Shown here: positions 20,680 to 34,441 of the stretch, in pieces
Numbering within the stretch: position 1 is the first letter of the stretch
How the letters are laid out: every line of letters begins with the position of its first letter
Assembly: GCF_963921235.1 (NCBI RefSeq)
Contig: NC_086108.1
Location: 101,868,001-101,932,000, forward strand
Length of the DNA stretch: 64,000 nucleotides
Reading direction: 5' to 3'
From: Mobula hypostoma
Taxonomy: Eukaryota
The notes under the pieces: generated by a model
What the model saw: the letters and a program-made list of their open reading frames with translations, nothing else
What the model was told of the DNA's origin: nothing
Databases searched by the model: none
Position numbers and translations under genes: made by a program

Positions 20680-23600
20680 CTTTGATGCCCTGACTAATCA
20701 AGAACCTATCTACCTCTGCCTTAAATGCACCCAATGATTTGGTCGATGGTCCATGGGCCACAGCTGCCCGTGGCAACAAATTCCACAGATTTACCACCCT
20801 CTGACTAACATAATTTCTCCACATCTCAGTTCTAAATGGATATTCTTCAATCCTGAAGTTGTGCCCTCTTGTCCTAGAATCCCCTACCATGGGAAATAAC
20901 TTTGCCATATCCAATGTGTTAAGGCCTTTTAGTATTTGGAATGTGTCTATGAGATCCCCTCTCATTCTCCTGAACTCCAGGGAATACAGACCTAGGTCTG
21001 CAAAGATGTTCCTCATATGATAACCCTTTCATTCTTGGAATCATTTTCGTGGCTCTTCCCTGAACCCTCTCCAATGTCAGTATATCCTTTCTAAAATAAG
21101 GAGCCCAGAACTGCACACAATAATCCAAGTGTGGTCTCACGAGTGCCTTATAGAGCCTCAACATTACATCCCTGCTTTTATATACTATACCTCTAGAAAT
21201 GAATGCCAACATTGCATTCACCTTCTTTACAACCGACTCAACCTGAAGGTTAACCTTTAGGGTATCTTGCACAAGGACCCCCAAGACCCTTTGCATCTCT
21301 GCAGTTTGAATTCTCTCCCCATCTAAATAATAGTCTGCCTGTTTATTTCTTTCCCCAAAGTGCATGACAATACACTTTCCAACATTGTATTTCATTGCTA
21401 CACCTTTGCCCATTGCCCTAAACTATCAATGTCTCTCTGCAGGCTCTCTGTTTCCTCAATACTACCTGCTCATCCACCTATCTTTGCATCATCGGCAAAT
21501 TTAGCCACAAATCCATTAATACCACAGTCCAAATCATTGACATAAATCATCAAAAGCAGCGGTCCCAACACCGACCACTGTGGAACTCTACTAGTAACTG
21601 GCAGTCAGCCAGAGTATGATCCGTTTATTCCCACTCTGTTTTCTGCCAATTAGCCAATGCTCCACCTATGCTAGTTTCTTCCCTGTAACTCCATGGGCTC
21701 TTATCTTGCTCAACAGCCTCATGTGTGGCACCTTGTCAAAGGCCTTCTGAAAATCCAAGTACACCACGTCTACTGCACCTCCTTCATCTGACCTGCTTGT
21801 AATTTCCACAAAGTATTGCAGTAGGTTTGTCAGGCAAGACTTTCCTTTCAGGAAACCATGCTGGCTTTGGCCTATCTTGTCATGTGCCTCCAGGTACACC
21901 GTAATCTCATCCCTAACAATTGATTCCAACAACTTCCCAACCGCTGATGTCAGGCTAACGGGTCTATAGTTTCCTTCCTGCTGCCTCCCACCTTTCTTAA
22001 AGAGAGGAGTAACATTTGCAATTTTCCAGTCGTTCGGTACAATGCCAGAATCTATCGATACTTGAAGGATCATCATTGATGCCTCCGCAATCTCTCCAGC
22101 TACTTCCTTCAGAACCCGAGGGTGCATTCCATCATGTCCAGGAGATTTATCCACCCTCAGACCATTAAGCATCCTAAGTACCTTCTCATTCATAATTTTC
22201 ACTGCACAAACTTCACTTCCCTGACACTCTTGAATGTCCGGTACGTTGCAGATGTCTTCCATTGTGAAGACTGATGCACAATACGCATTTAGTTCCTCTG
22301 CCATCTCTGCATCGCTCATTACAATATCTCCAGTGTCATTTTGTATTGGTCCTATATCTACCCTCAACTCTCTTTTACCCTTTATATACTTAAGAAAGCT
22401 TTTAGTATCTTCTTTGATTTTAGTCTCCAGCTTCCTCTCATAATTCCTCTTTTCCTTCTGAATGACCTTCTTAGTTTCCAACTGCAAGTTTTTAAAAGCT
22501 CCCCAATCCTTTATCCTCTCACTAGCTCTGGCTTCCTTGTATGCCCTCTCTTTTGTTTTTACTTTGGCTCTGACTTCACTTGTCAGCCACGGTAGTGTCC
22601 TTCTTTTCTTTGAAAATTTCTTCTTATTTGGAATATATCTGTCTTGCACCTCCTTCATTTTTCTCAGAAACTCCAGCCATGGCTGCTCTGCTGTCCTTCC
22701 TGCAAATGTCCCTTTCCAGTCAACTTCAGCCAGTTCCACTCTCATGCCATTGTAATTTCCTTTATTTCACGGAAATACCAGCACATTGGATTTTACTTCT
22801 TCCCTCTCAAATTTCAATGTGAACTTGATCATATTGTGATCACAGGTCCCTAAGGGTTCCTTAACCTTAAACTCTTTTATCACCTCCAATCATTACACAA
22901 CACCAAATCCAGCACAGTCGATCTCCTAGTGCGCTCAACAATAAGCTGTTCTAAAAAACCATCCCTTAAACATTCGACAAATTCTCTCTTGAGGTACAGT
23001 ACTGACCTGGTTTTCCCAATCCACATTCATGTTAAAATCCCCAACAATTATCATGACATTGCCTTTCCGACACAACTTTTTTATCTTCTGCTGTAATTCA
23101 TAATCCACATCCCGGCTGCTGTTTGGAGCCCTGTATACAACTGCCATTAGGGTCCTTTTACCCTTGCCATTTCTCAACTCAACCCATAATGACTCTTCAC
23201 CTTCCAATCCTATGTCATCTCCTTCCAATGATTTAATACTATTTCTTATACACAGAGCCACACCACCCCCTTTACCTACTAATCTATCTTTCCGATATAC
23301 CGTAATCCTTGGACGTTCAGCTCCCAATGGCGGCCATCCTTTAACCAAGTTTCAGCGATGATCATAATGTCATATTTACCAATCTGCTGCTGAATTTCAA
23401 GATCGTCCATTTTATTCCTTATGCTGCGTGCATTCAAATATAACACTTTCAGTCCAGTATTTGTTGTTTTCTCTTTTAACTGCACCATGTCTCTATTGCC
23501 CTGTAACCGTCATGCCACTGGCTGTGATTAAGCCTCCTCTCCTGCCTGTTCTATATATCATCTCTATTGTATGCTATCTTTGATTTATTTCTGTTTTCCC

Positions 23601-23928
23601 CTTCCTCAGCCCTATCACTCCGGTTCCCAACCCCCTGCCAAGTTAGTTTAAATCCTCCCTAGCAGCTCTATTAAATAGATCCGCTGGGATATTGGACCAC
23701 TTTGAGTTCAGGTGTAACCCATCCTTTTTGTGCACATCGTACCTCCCCCAGAAGAGGCCCCAGTGATCCTGGAATCTGAAATCCTGTCGCTTTCACCAGT
23801 CTCTCAGCTACATAATAATATGGCTGATCATGCTATTCTTGCACCCGCTAGCATGTGGCACAGGCAGCAATCCTGAGATTACTACCCTAGAGGTCCTGCC
23901 TTTCAGCTTCCTACCTAATTCCCTGAAC

Positions 23929-26780
23929 TAGGGCTGTGGAAAGGGCTTCAAACTAAATAGTGGAGGTGAAGGGTTCAACAGATTGGAGAAGTAAGAATAA
24001 AGTAAAAAAGAAAAATGTGGATAAAGAAAAAGCAAAAAGATAAAAAAGTGAAAAGTAAGAGAGGAGTGAAGAAAAGTCAAGTACAAAAGTAAAAAAATAA
24101 CAAGATTTTAAAAGCACAGTGAGTGGAAGGGCACTTTATTTGAATACCCATAGTATTCGAAACAAGGTCAGTGAACTTGTGGCACAAATCAGTACAAAGA
24201 GGTATGATTTAGTGGGCAGTACAGAGATGTAGTTGCAGTGTGGAAAGGATTGGAATTAAATATCCACGGATATCAAGTAATACGGAAGGATAGGCAAGAA
24301 GGTAAGGGGGGGTGGGGTAGCGCTCTTAATCAAGGATGAAATCAGGGCAATAGTGAGAGATGATATAAGTTCTAAGGAGCAGAATATTGAATCCATCTGG
24401 GTAGAGATTAGGAGTAGTAAAGGGAAAAAAATCACTGGTGGGACTTGTCTATCGGCCACCAAATAATAACATTACAATGGCACAGGGAATAAACAGAGAA
24501 ATTGCTGAGGCATGTAAGAATGGAACAGCAGTTGTCATGGGGGACTTTAACTTGCACATAGATTGGGTGAATCAAATTGGTCGAGGCAGTCTTGAAGAGG
24601 ACTTCATAGAATACATCCGTGATGGCTTTCTTGAACAGCATGTAATGAACCTACAAGAAACCTGCTATCTTGGACCTGGTCCTGGGCAATGAGACAGGTA
24701 AAATTAGTGATCTTGTAGTTAGGGATCCTCTTGGAAAGAGTGATCACAGTATGACTGAGTTTCTCATATAAGTGGAGGGTGCAATAGTTTGATCTAAAAC
24801 CTGTGTAATATGCCTAAACAATGGAGACTACAATGGGATGAGGGAGGATTTGGCTCGTGTGGACTGGGAACATAGGTTATATGTTGGAACAGTTGAGGAA
24901 CAGTGGAAGACTTTCAAAGAGATTTTTCACGGTGCTCAACACAAGTATATTCCAGTTAGAAGCAAGGACAATAAGGGTGGGTAGAACCAGCCATTGATAA
25001 TTAAGGAAGTAAAAGAATGCATCAAACTAAAAGCTCATGCATCCAAAGTCACCAAGAGTAATGGGAAACTGGAAGACTGGGAAAACTTTCAAAAATTACA
25101 TTGTACCACCAAGTGAGCAATAAAGAGAGAGAAGCTAGATGATGAAAATAAACTAGTGCAAAATAATAAAACAGATAGTAACAGCTTTGATGATTATATA
25201 AAGTGGAAAAGGGTGGGTAAAGTGAGTGTAGGTCTTTGGAGGACGAGAAGGGGGAATTGATATGGGGTAAAGAGGAAATGGCCGAGGCTTTGAATGACTA
25301 TTTCCTGTTGCTCGTCATGGTGGAGGACACATCTAACATGCCAAAGAAAAATCGTATGGATGCCATGGGAGGTGAAGACCTCGATACAATAGCTATCACT
25401 GAAGAGGTACCGCTGAGAAAACTTGTGGGCCTGAAGATAGATAAGTCCCCTAGTCCTGATGGACTGTATCTCAGGGTACTGAAAGAAATGGCAGAAGTTA
25501 TAGAAGAGGCTTTGGTGACGATATACCAAACTTCTTTGGACTCTGGGCAGGTCCTGGCAGATTGGAAGACAGTGAATGTCATGCCACTGTTCAAAAAAGG
25601 ATGTAGGCAAAAGGCAAGTAACTATAGGCCAGTTAGTTTAACATCTGAAGTTGGGAAAATGCTTGAAGCTGTCGCTAAAGAAGAAATAGCAAGGCATCTG
25701 GAAAGAAAGGGATCCATCAGGCAGAAACAGCATGGATTCAGCAAAGGCAAGCCCTGTTTGACAAACTTACTGGAGTTCTTTGAAGATATAACAAGCACAG
25801 TGGATAGAGGGGAACAGATGGACATTATTTACTTGGATTTCCAAAAGGCGTTCAATAAGGTACCACATAAAAGACTTACCGACGAGATAAGGATGGATAG
25901 AGTTGGATGTGATGTATTAGCATGGATAGAGGATTGATTAACCAATAGAAAGGAGGAAGTTTTTATACATGGGTGTTCCCCTGGTTGGCAATCAGTGGTG
26001 AGCTGTGTGCCACAGCGATCAGTGCTGCGACCGCAACTGTTCACAATATACAATAATGATCTGGACTGAGTGTAATGTATCCAAGTTTGCTGATGATACT
26101 AAATTGAGTGGAAAAGCAAATTGTGCAGAAGATATGGAGAGTCTGCAGAGAGATATAGATAGGTTAAATGAGTTGGCAAGGTTCTGGCAGATGGAGTACA
26201 ATGTTGGTAAATGCAAATTTATCCACTTTGGAAGAAAAACGAAAGAGCAGATTATTACTTAAATGGTAAAAAATTGCAGCACGCTGCTGTGCAGAGGGAC
26301 TTGTGAGCACTTGTGCATGAATCACACAAGTCTGGTTTGCAGGTGCAGCAGGCTATCAAGAAGGCAAATGGAATGTTGGCCTTCATTGTTAGGGGGATTG
26401 AATTTAAGAACAGAGAGGTTACGCTGCAACTATACAGGGACTGGTGAGGCCGCATTTGGAGTACTGCGTGCAGTTCTTGTCTCCTTGATGTACTGGCTTT
26501 GGAGGGTTGATTCCAGTGATGAAGGTGTTAGACTATGAGCAGAGATTGGGTTGCTTGGGACTGTAATCGCTAGAATTCAGAAGAATGAGAGGAGATCTTT
26601 GAAAGGGATAGATAAGATAGAGGCAGGAAAGTTGTTTCCATGAATGGGTGAGACTAAAACTACGGGACAAAGCCTCAAGATTCGGGGGAGTAGATTGAGG
26701 ACGGAGAAGAAGGAGGAGCTGCTTTTCCCAGAGAGTGATGAAGCTGTGGAATTCTCTGCCCAGTGAAGCAGTGGAAGCCC
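23929..26780 (+). mobile_element. CR1 LINE copy D (ORF2, decayed, truncated at both ends)
   Basis: VYRPPN, VMGDFN, KSPSPDG, NYRPVSLTS, YLDFQKAFNKVPH and KFADDTKL. Confidence 0.9.
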
Positions 26781-29062
26781 CTGCCTTAAACATACATAAA
26801 GATTTGGCCTCTACAGCTGCTTGTGACAAAGAATTCCAGGGATTCACTACTCTCTGGTGAAAGAAATCCCTCCTCATTTCTGTTCTAAAAGGACACCCCT
26901 CTATTCTGAGGCTGTGTTCTCTGCTCTTCGACCCACCCACCATTGAAACATCCTCTCCATGTCCACTCTATCGAGGCTTTCTACCTTCATAAAACATAGA
27001 AATCTACAGCACATTACAGTCCCTTCGGCCAACAATGTTGTGCTGGCCATGTAACCTACTCTATAAAATGCCTAGAATTTCCCTACTGAATAGCCCTCTA
27101 TTGTCCCAAGCTCCATGTACCTATCTAAGAGTCTCTTAAAAGTCCCTATTGTATCTGCTTCCACCACCATTGTCAGCAGTGCATTCCATGCACCCACCTC
27201 TTATCTGTGAGAAACTTATCCCTGATATCCCTAGTTTTAGTAAGGTCACCCCCCATTCTTCTGAATTCCAGTGAATACAAGCCCCGACCCATCAAATGTA
27301 CTTCATATGACAATCCTGGAATCATTCTGCAAACCCCTTTGAACCCTCTCCGGTTTCAGCACATCATTTTGAAGATAAAGGGCTCAAAACTGCTCACAAT
27401 ACTCCAAATGAGGCCTCACCAGTGTCAACTTTACATCCTTGCTTTTATATTCTAATCCTTTTGAAATGAATGCTAACATCACAATTGCCTTCCTTACAAC
27501 AGACTCATCCTGAAAGTTAACATTTAGGGAATTCTGCACAAGGACTCCCAAGCTAGGGTCCCTCTAAGCTGTGCGCGTGTGCGTGCGCACACACACTTTT
27601 TAACCAGTGCACACAGGAAATCAATGTGTGCACAAAAGGTTAGTTACCTAAAATAACGTAGTAATTAATAATTATACTTATTGAAAATAATCTTTCAGCT
27701 AAATGTTTCTTTTAACTAGTTACTCGGTTTTTCAAATACCACAATACACGTCACCAATTGATTCACTTCATTTTGAGCGAGTCAAAATGAACAAGATAAG
27801 AAAGCAGTATCTGGGAGACAATGTTTCGTGGAGTGACAAAGTTAAAGTTTTGCTAAGCCAACAAAGAAAACGTCACAGTAAATACAAGTCCGCTGTTGAC
27901 TTTTATAAATTGTCTTTGTGTTCATTTAGAAGAAAGGTTTCCTGAAGATGAGGTACAAGAATGGTCAGCTTTTGATTCCTCCGCAATTGCAGGTTGTGAC
28001 TTCACATTTGGTGATAAGCAAGTTAATGCCTTATGTCTAAAATATCATGATTTTCTAGCTGAAAATACTGTAATAGTTAGACAGTTTAATGATTTCAAAT
28101 TTTCCGTGCAATAAAGAAATAAAATCAAAACTGATTTCAAACTTTGCTCAAATGGTGGCATTTGTACTTCAAAATGAACAGTTTTGCGACCTTGCACAGC
28201 TGATGGACATTGGGGGAACCTTTCTTGCAGCTGGTGCGAACTGTGAGTGAGGTTTTAGCCTAATGAATCAACTCAAAAACAAGCTGAGAAATTGTTTGAA
28301 TATGTTAATGAGAATCAAAAGCTATCATTTGGATGGAAGTTCTATTAGTTTAGATAGTGTTTACAAAGAATGGGTAAATGCCAAAGACAGGAGAGAGAAA
28401 AAAATAACTGAGTGACCTAAATATGTATGTTATTTTGTTGTTATTTTGTGCAGTTTTATGTCAACTAATTTGTAAATGTACATAAACTATGCCATGTGTG
28501 CATTCAGTGCGCACATACATTTGTCACAGGAAAAAAATTTGCACAACATAAGATTTTTGTGCACACCGACTACTAAAAATTAGAGGGAACATTGCTCCCA
28601 AGTCCCTTTGCACCTCAGTTTTTTGTATTTTCTCTGCATTTAGAAAATAATCTTTTCATTTCTTCTACCAAAGTGCATGGCCATACATTTCCTGACACTG
28701 TATTTCATCTGCCATTTCTTTGCCCATTCTCCGAATCTGTCTAAGTTCTTCCATAGTCTTGCTACTTCCTCAAAACTACCTGCCACTTCACCTATCTTCA
28801 GATCGTCAGCAAATTTTGCAACATCCATCATCCAAATCATTGACATATAATGTAAAAAGAATTGATCTAAGCACAGACCCTGTGGAATACTCATCACTGG
28901 TAGCCAACCAGAAAAGGCTCCCTGTATTCCCACTCTTTGCCTCCTGCCAATGAGCTACTGATTTATTTATGCTGGGACCTTTCCTGTAATAGCATGGGCC
29001 TGTAGCTTGTTAAGCAGCCTATGTGGCACCTTGTCAAAGGCCTTCTGAAAATCCAAGGACTC
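26781..29062 (-). mobile_element. Cluster of minus-strand CR1 fragments, the longest split by a hAT element
   Basis: RVVNPWNSL, a tail AAACATAGAAA near 26992, KFADDLKIG (28640-28933) and LDFQKAFDKVPH (about 29000-29060). Confidence 0.8.
27553..28594 (+). mobile_element. Non-autonomous hAT DNA transposon with residual transposase C-terminus
   Basis: 8-bp TSD CTCCCAAG at 27545-27552 and 28595-28602. Imperfect 15-bp TIRs CTAGGGTCCCTCTAA / TTAGAGGGAACATTG. Translation LEERFP...GGTFLAAGANCE*GFSLMNQLKNKLRN resembles the hAT dimerisation domain. Confidence 0.88.
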
Positions 29063-29607
29063 GACACAAAGTATATAAATGACTTGGATGAAATTATACA
29101 AAGTTGGGTTAATAAAATTACCAAGATTGGTGGAGTTGGTTTGATTTTTTTTATTAAGTGCAATTGTGAACAATAGCAAGATCAGAAATGTTGATCAAGT
29201 CTATTAGTTCCCAAAGAGAACTCTGATAGGCCAATCAGATGGTTCACTGCTGCTCAGCGATAGAACACAAAAACAGGCACAAGGGTTGCTAGCCCCTGTA
29301 CCCCAGAAACACACCTGAGCGGTGCGGCAGAGGTACTAGCTATGCATAACCTGATCTGAAAGCATCATGTTGGCTCATAACAGATCGTGTTCACGGTGGA
29401 ACAGCTTAGTCAATGATGGGGTGATCAGCACAGATAGACAAATTACAACTCCACTACCCCTTCAGTTGTAGATAGTGTAGAAGACTGGAAAAGAGTACAG
29501 CACAATATACACCAGTTGGAGATATGGGCTGAGAAATGGCAGATGGAGTTTAACGGATAAATGTGGGGTGTTGCACTGCAGAACGGCAAATGCAAAGAGA
29601 TACGACT

Positions 29608-30796
29608 CTAGAAATAGAAACATAGAAAACCTACAGCACAATACAGGCTCTTTGGCCCACAAAGCTGTGCTGAACATGTCCTTACCTTAGAACTACCCCG
29701 GCTTACCCATAGCCCTCTATTTTTCTAAGCTCCATGTACCTATCCAGGAGTCTCTTAAAAGACCCTATCATATCTGCCTCCACCACCACCGCTGGCAGCC
29801 CATTCCACGCACTCACCACTCTCCACATAAAATAACTTAACCTTGACATCTTCTCTGTACTTACTTCCAAGCACCTTTTAACTATGCCCTCTCATGCTAG
29901 CCATTTCAGCCCTGGGAGAAAGCCTCTGACTATCCTTACCATCAATGCCTCTCATTATCTTGATCATTGCCTGTCATTATCTTGTACACCTTTATCAGGT
30001 CACCTCTCATGCTCCAAGGAGAAAAGGTCGAGTTCACTCAAACTATTCTCATAAGGCATGCTCCCTAATCCAGGCAACATCCTTGTAAATCTTCTCTGCA
30101 CCCTTTCTATGGTTTCCACGTCCTTCCTGTAGTGAGGCAACCAGAACTGAGCACAGTACTCCAAGTGGGGTCTGACCAGGGTCCTATATAGCTGCAACAT
30201 TACCTCTCGGCTCTTAAACTCAGTCCCACGAATGATGAAGGCCAATACACCATATGCCCTCTTAACCACAGAGTCAACCTGCGTAGCAGCTTTGAGTGCC
30301 TTATGGACTCGGACCCCAAGATCCCTCTGATCCTTCACACTGCCAAGAGTCTTGCCATTAATGCTATATTCTACCATCATATTTGACCTACCAGAATGAA
30401 CCACCTCATACTTATCTGTGTTGAACTCCATCTGCCACTTCTCAGCCCAATTTGCCCCCTACCAATGTCCCGCTATAACCTCTGACAGCCCTTCACACTA
30501 TCCACAACACCTCCAACCTTTGTGTCATCAGCAAATTTACGTACCCATCCCTCCACTTCCTCATCCAGGTCATTTATAAAAATCACAAACTGTAGGGGTC
30601 CCAGAACAGATCCCTGAGGCACACCACTGGTCACCGGCCTCCATGCAGAATATGACCCATCTACAACCACTTCTGTGGGCAAGCCAGTTCTGGATCCACA
30701 AAGCAATGTCCCCTTGGATCCCATGCCTCCCTACTTTCTCAATAAGCCTTGCATGGGGTACCTTATCAAATGCCCTGCTAAAATCCATATACACCA
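29608..30796 (-). mobile_element. 5'-truncated CR1 (RT C-terminal half and 3' UTR)
   Basis: [32 protein letters not shown] and LVRPHLEYC. Tail TAGAAACATAGAAA near 29608-29628. Confidence 0.9.
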
Positions 30797-31984
30797 CAAT
30801 TGCAATTTCTAGATATGCTATTCATTAATGGTTGAAATATTTCTTACAATGGTAACAGCCTGCATTGCGATAGTGCTTTTAAAAGTAATGAATAACACCT
30901 GGACACATTTTGCAGAACTGTATGTCAGAAGAATCCAAGGTTAGTCAAAGTGGTTGGATCTAAGATATTCTAACAGATTGATAAACAGAAATGTTATTAA
31001 CTATTGAGTTTAAACTTCCTCTATGTGACACGGCAGGTTTAAAATGGCTTAAGGTAGCAGACAGAGTAGAATAGCTGAAGACATTTGAGAAAATTACCCC
31101 AAATGTATCACTTGACTTTCAATGATACATTGGACAGAATTAAACAGAATAGATTAAAATTTGCCAATTCCATTGAAAGGAAATTTCTGGATTTCATATA
31201 AACGTGAGGAGGTGTAACTCAGCTTTTGATGCTGAGGTACATCCTAGGATGTGCTGGGACACATCATCAGTGATGTAACCTGTGGTTATTGGGTGTTCCA
31301 GGTCTTTCACCATCAGCCACCCTTACCCAGGTGACCCAGCCAGGATTGATCAGGCACTTACTTGTGTCCCAGCAGCATTGGTCCATGGGTCATATCTCTT
31401 GATCTATAGCCATCTGGAGGCTTGCTTGGCAGCCTCTGTCATGGTCCTAATCACTCTTTTCTTTACAGCCTAAGGAGAGAACAACCAGCAAAACCTCAAA
31501 ACCCAACATTGTACTGCACTACCAACAACTGAGCTTTAAGCTCAAAGGCGTCCTCAATCCAGTCAGTCAGTCAGTTCTACCATGACCACCTATTTTGAGG
31601 TTTCTGGCAGAATAACCATGTGATTATGATGCAGTGAAGTCATGGAACTTTAATTGCTTGTGCCAAGATCCTTTTAGCTTTCTTTGAACTTTCCTAGCAG
31701 TTCCTTCAAGATCCAGCATTCAAGTTTATTTGTTATGTGTACATTGAAACTTATAGTGAAATGCCTTGTTTGCATTAACAACAACCCAGACTTCCAATTT
31801 GATACCTGGGCCTTGATCCTCGGCATTGTTCCGAGGATGCGTCAATCACCAACACTAGGCCTCGAGCGACAGCCTCACCAATTTGCGAACTCAGGGGTCA
31901 TTGGAACGCCTTCCTCCTGCTCACAAAGAACTCTGACTCCAGAATGTAGCTTCTGCATCTCTCGGGGACATACAGATTTTTCTT

Positions 31985-32257
31985 ATTCTCCTCTTTCCCT
32001 TTCTGTTCTTGCCCATCACTTCTATCTGGTGCCATATCCTCTTCTGTTCTCCTGTGGTTCACTCTTCTCCAATCAGGTTCCTTCATCTTCATCCCTTTAC
32101 CTTTTCCACCTATTACCTAACAGCTTGTACTCCTTCTCCTCACCCCAACCTCTTATTCTGGCTTCTCACCCCTTCCTTTCCAGTCCTGATGAAGGGCCTT
32201 GAACTGAAATGTTGACTGTTGATGACTCTCCACAGATGATCCCAGATCTGCTGAGTC
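31985..32257 (+). mobile_element. Penelope-like terminal-repeat fragment with hammerhead-like core
   Basis: Pyrimidine-rich tract followed by CAGTC-CTGATGA-...-GAAA-TGTT-GACTG (32181-32218) and CTGCTGAGT. Confidence 0.65.
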
Positions 32258-32612
32258 CCATAAGACCATAAGACATGGCAGCAGAATTAGGCCATTCAGC
32301 CCATCGAATCTGCTCTGCCATTCCATCATGGCTGATCCCAGATCCCACTCAACACCATACACCTACCTTCTCGCCATATCCTTAGATGCCCTGACCGATC
32401 AGGAAATGAACAACTACCACCTCAAATATACTCATGGACTCCACCGCAGTCTGTGGCAGAGCATTCCACAGATTTACTACTCTCTGACTAAAAGAATTCT
32501 TCCTTACCTCTGTTCCAAATTGTTGCACCTCAGTTTTGAGGCTGTGCCCTCTAGTTCTGGGTATCCTCATCATAGGAAACATCCTCTCTACATCACCCTA
32601 TCTAGTTCTGTC
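32258..32612 (-). mobile_element. CR1 3' fragment
   Basis: RTRGHSLK...FSQRVVNLWNALP and a CCATAAGA repeat tail. Confidence 0.85.
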
Positions 32613-34228
32613 AACCTTCATAAGAACATATGAACATAAGAAATAGGAGCAGGAGTAGGCCATCTGGCCCATCAAGTCCGCTCTATCATTTAGTAAAATC
32701 ATAGCTGATCTGGCCATGGATTCATCTCCATTTACCTGCTTTTCCCCATAAACCTGAATTCCCCTACTATGCAATAATCTATCCAGCCTTGTCTTAAACA
32801 TATTTACTGAGGTAGCCTCTACTGCTTTATTAGGCAGAGAATTCCACAGCTTCAACACTCTCTGGGAAAAGCAGCTCCCCCTCATCTCCATCCTAAATCC
32901 ACTTCCCCAAATCTTGAGGCTATGTCCCCTAGTTTTAGTCTCACCCACCAGTGGAAACAACTTTCCTGCCTCTATCTCATCTATTCCTTTCAAAATTTTA
33001 TATTTTTCTATAAGAGCTCCTCACATTCTTCTGAATTCCAGTGAGTACAGTCGCTAGTGACTCAATCTCTCCTCGTAGTCTAACCCCTTCATCTCTGGAA
33101 TCAACCTGGTGAACCTCCTCTGCACTGCCTCCAAAGCCAGTATATCCTTCCTCAAGTAAGGAGACCAGAACTGCATGCAGTACTCCAAATGCGGCCTCAC
33201 CAATATCTTGTACAACTGCAGCATAACCTCCCTGTTCTTAAATTCATTCCCCCTAGCAATGAATGCTAACAATCCATTTACCTTCTTGATAGCCTACTGC
33301 ACCTGCAAACCAACCTTTTGTTATACATTCACAAGCACTCCCAAGTCCCTCTGCATGGCAGCATTCTGCAATTTTTTTACCATTTAAATAATAATCTGCT
33401 CTTTCATTTTTCCTTCCAAAGTGGATGACCTCACATTTACCAACATTGTACTCCATCTGCCAGAACCTCGCCCATTCATTTAACCTATCTATATCTCTCT
33501 GCAGATTCTCCGTATCTTCTGCACAATTTGCTTTTCCACTCAATTTAGTGTCATCAGCAAACTTTGATACGTTACACTCAGTACCCTCTTCCAGATCATT
33601 AATGTATATTGTGAACAGTTGCAGGCCCAGTATTGACCCCTGTGGCACACCGTTCACCACCGATTGCCCTAATACATCACACCCAACTCTATGCATCCTT
33701 ATCTTATGGATAAGACTTTCTATCTTATCTATCTTCTCACCTGCAAATTTGCTTAGAACTATCTCTAAAGAGGTATCTATTGTATTGAGGTCCTCACCTC
33801 CCATTGCATCCATAACACCTCCCTTTGTCATGTTAGATGTGTCCTTCACCGTGAGGACTGGCACAAAATAGTCACTAAAAGCCTTGGCCATTTCCTCATT
33901 AACCAATATCAGTTCCCCTTTCTTGTCCTCCAAGGGACCTATGTTCACTTTAGCTACCCTTTTTTACTTATAATTATAAAAAAATTTTACTATCCGTTTT
34001 TATATTTTGTGCTGGTTTATTTTCATATTCTAGCTTCCCTTTCTTTATTGCTTTATTGCTCACTTAGTGGTACATTGTTGCTTGTTAAATTTTTCCCAGT
34101 CTTCCTGTTTCCCACTACTCTTGGTGACTTCATATGCGCAAGTTTTTAGTTTGATGCCTTCTTTTATTTCCTTAGTTTTCCAAGGCTGGCTCTCCCCACC
34201 CTTACCGTCCTTGCTTTTAACTGGAATA

Positions 34229-34441
34229 TGAAGGGTGATTAACAAGTTCGTGGTCAAAGGTCCATTTTCTCAGACAGTGATTACTTGCAATTTTCAATTA
34301 TCTGAAACAGAAATACCACAAAAGTTATTAACTTCAAACTTTCTGCATAATCACTCAGAGTAAAACTGCACATGCATGTAATGAGAGCTGTATAACTCAT
34401 CTCCTTCTACCGAGGGCCACAAACTTATCAATCACCCCTCG
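34229..34441. mobile_element. Tc1/mariner-type MITE (213 bp)
   Basis: TA TSDs at 34227-34228 and 34442-34443. About 27-bp imperfect TIRs TGAAGGGTGATTAACAAGTTCGTGGTC / GGCCACAAACTTATCAATCACCCCTCG. The host CR1 is contiguous across it. Confidence 0.85.

Larger units (their letters stand above)
19261..23928 (-). mobile_element. CR1 LINE copy C (3' part of ORF1 plus ORF2), interrupted near its 3' end by a solo LTR
   Basis: Minus ORFs 21666-22745 (KSPGHDGMHP, NYRPVSLTS, QHGF, YLDFQKAFDKVPH), 22935-23488 (endonuclease) and 20615-21413. Tail CCATAAGA repeats at 19261-19278. Confidence 0.92.

Noticed and set aside
23900..23960. Head-to-head CR1 junction as a twin-priming inversion
   Set aside because: The two sides are different CR1 subfamilies and both contain ORF2, so they are separate insertions.
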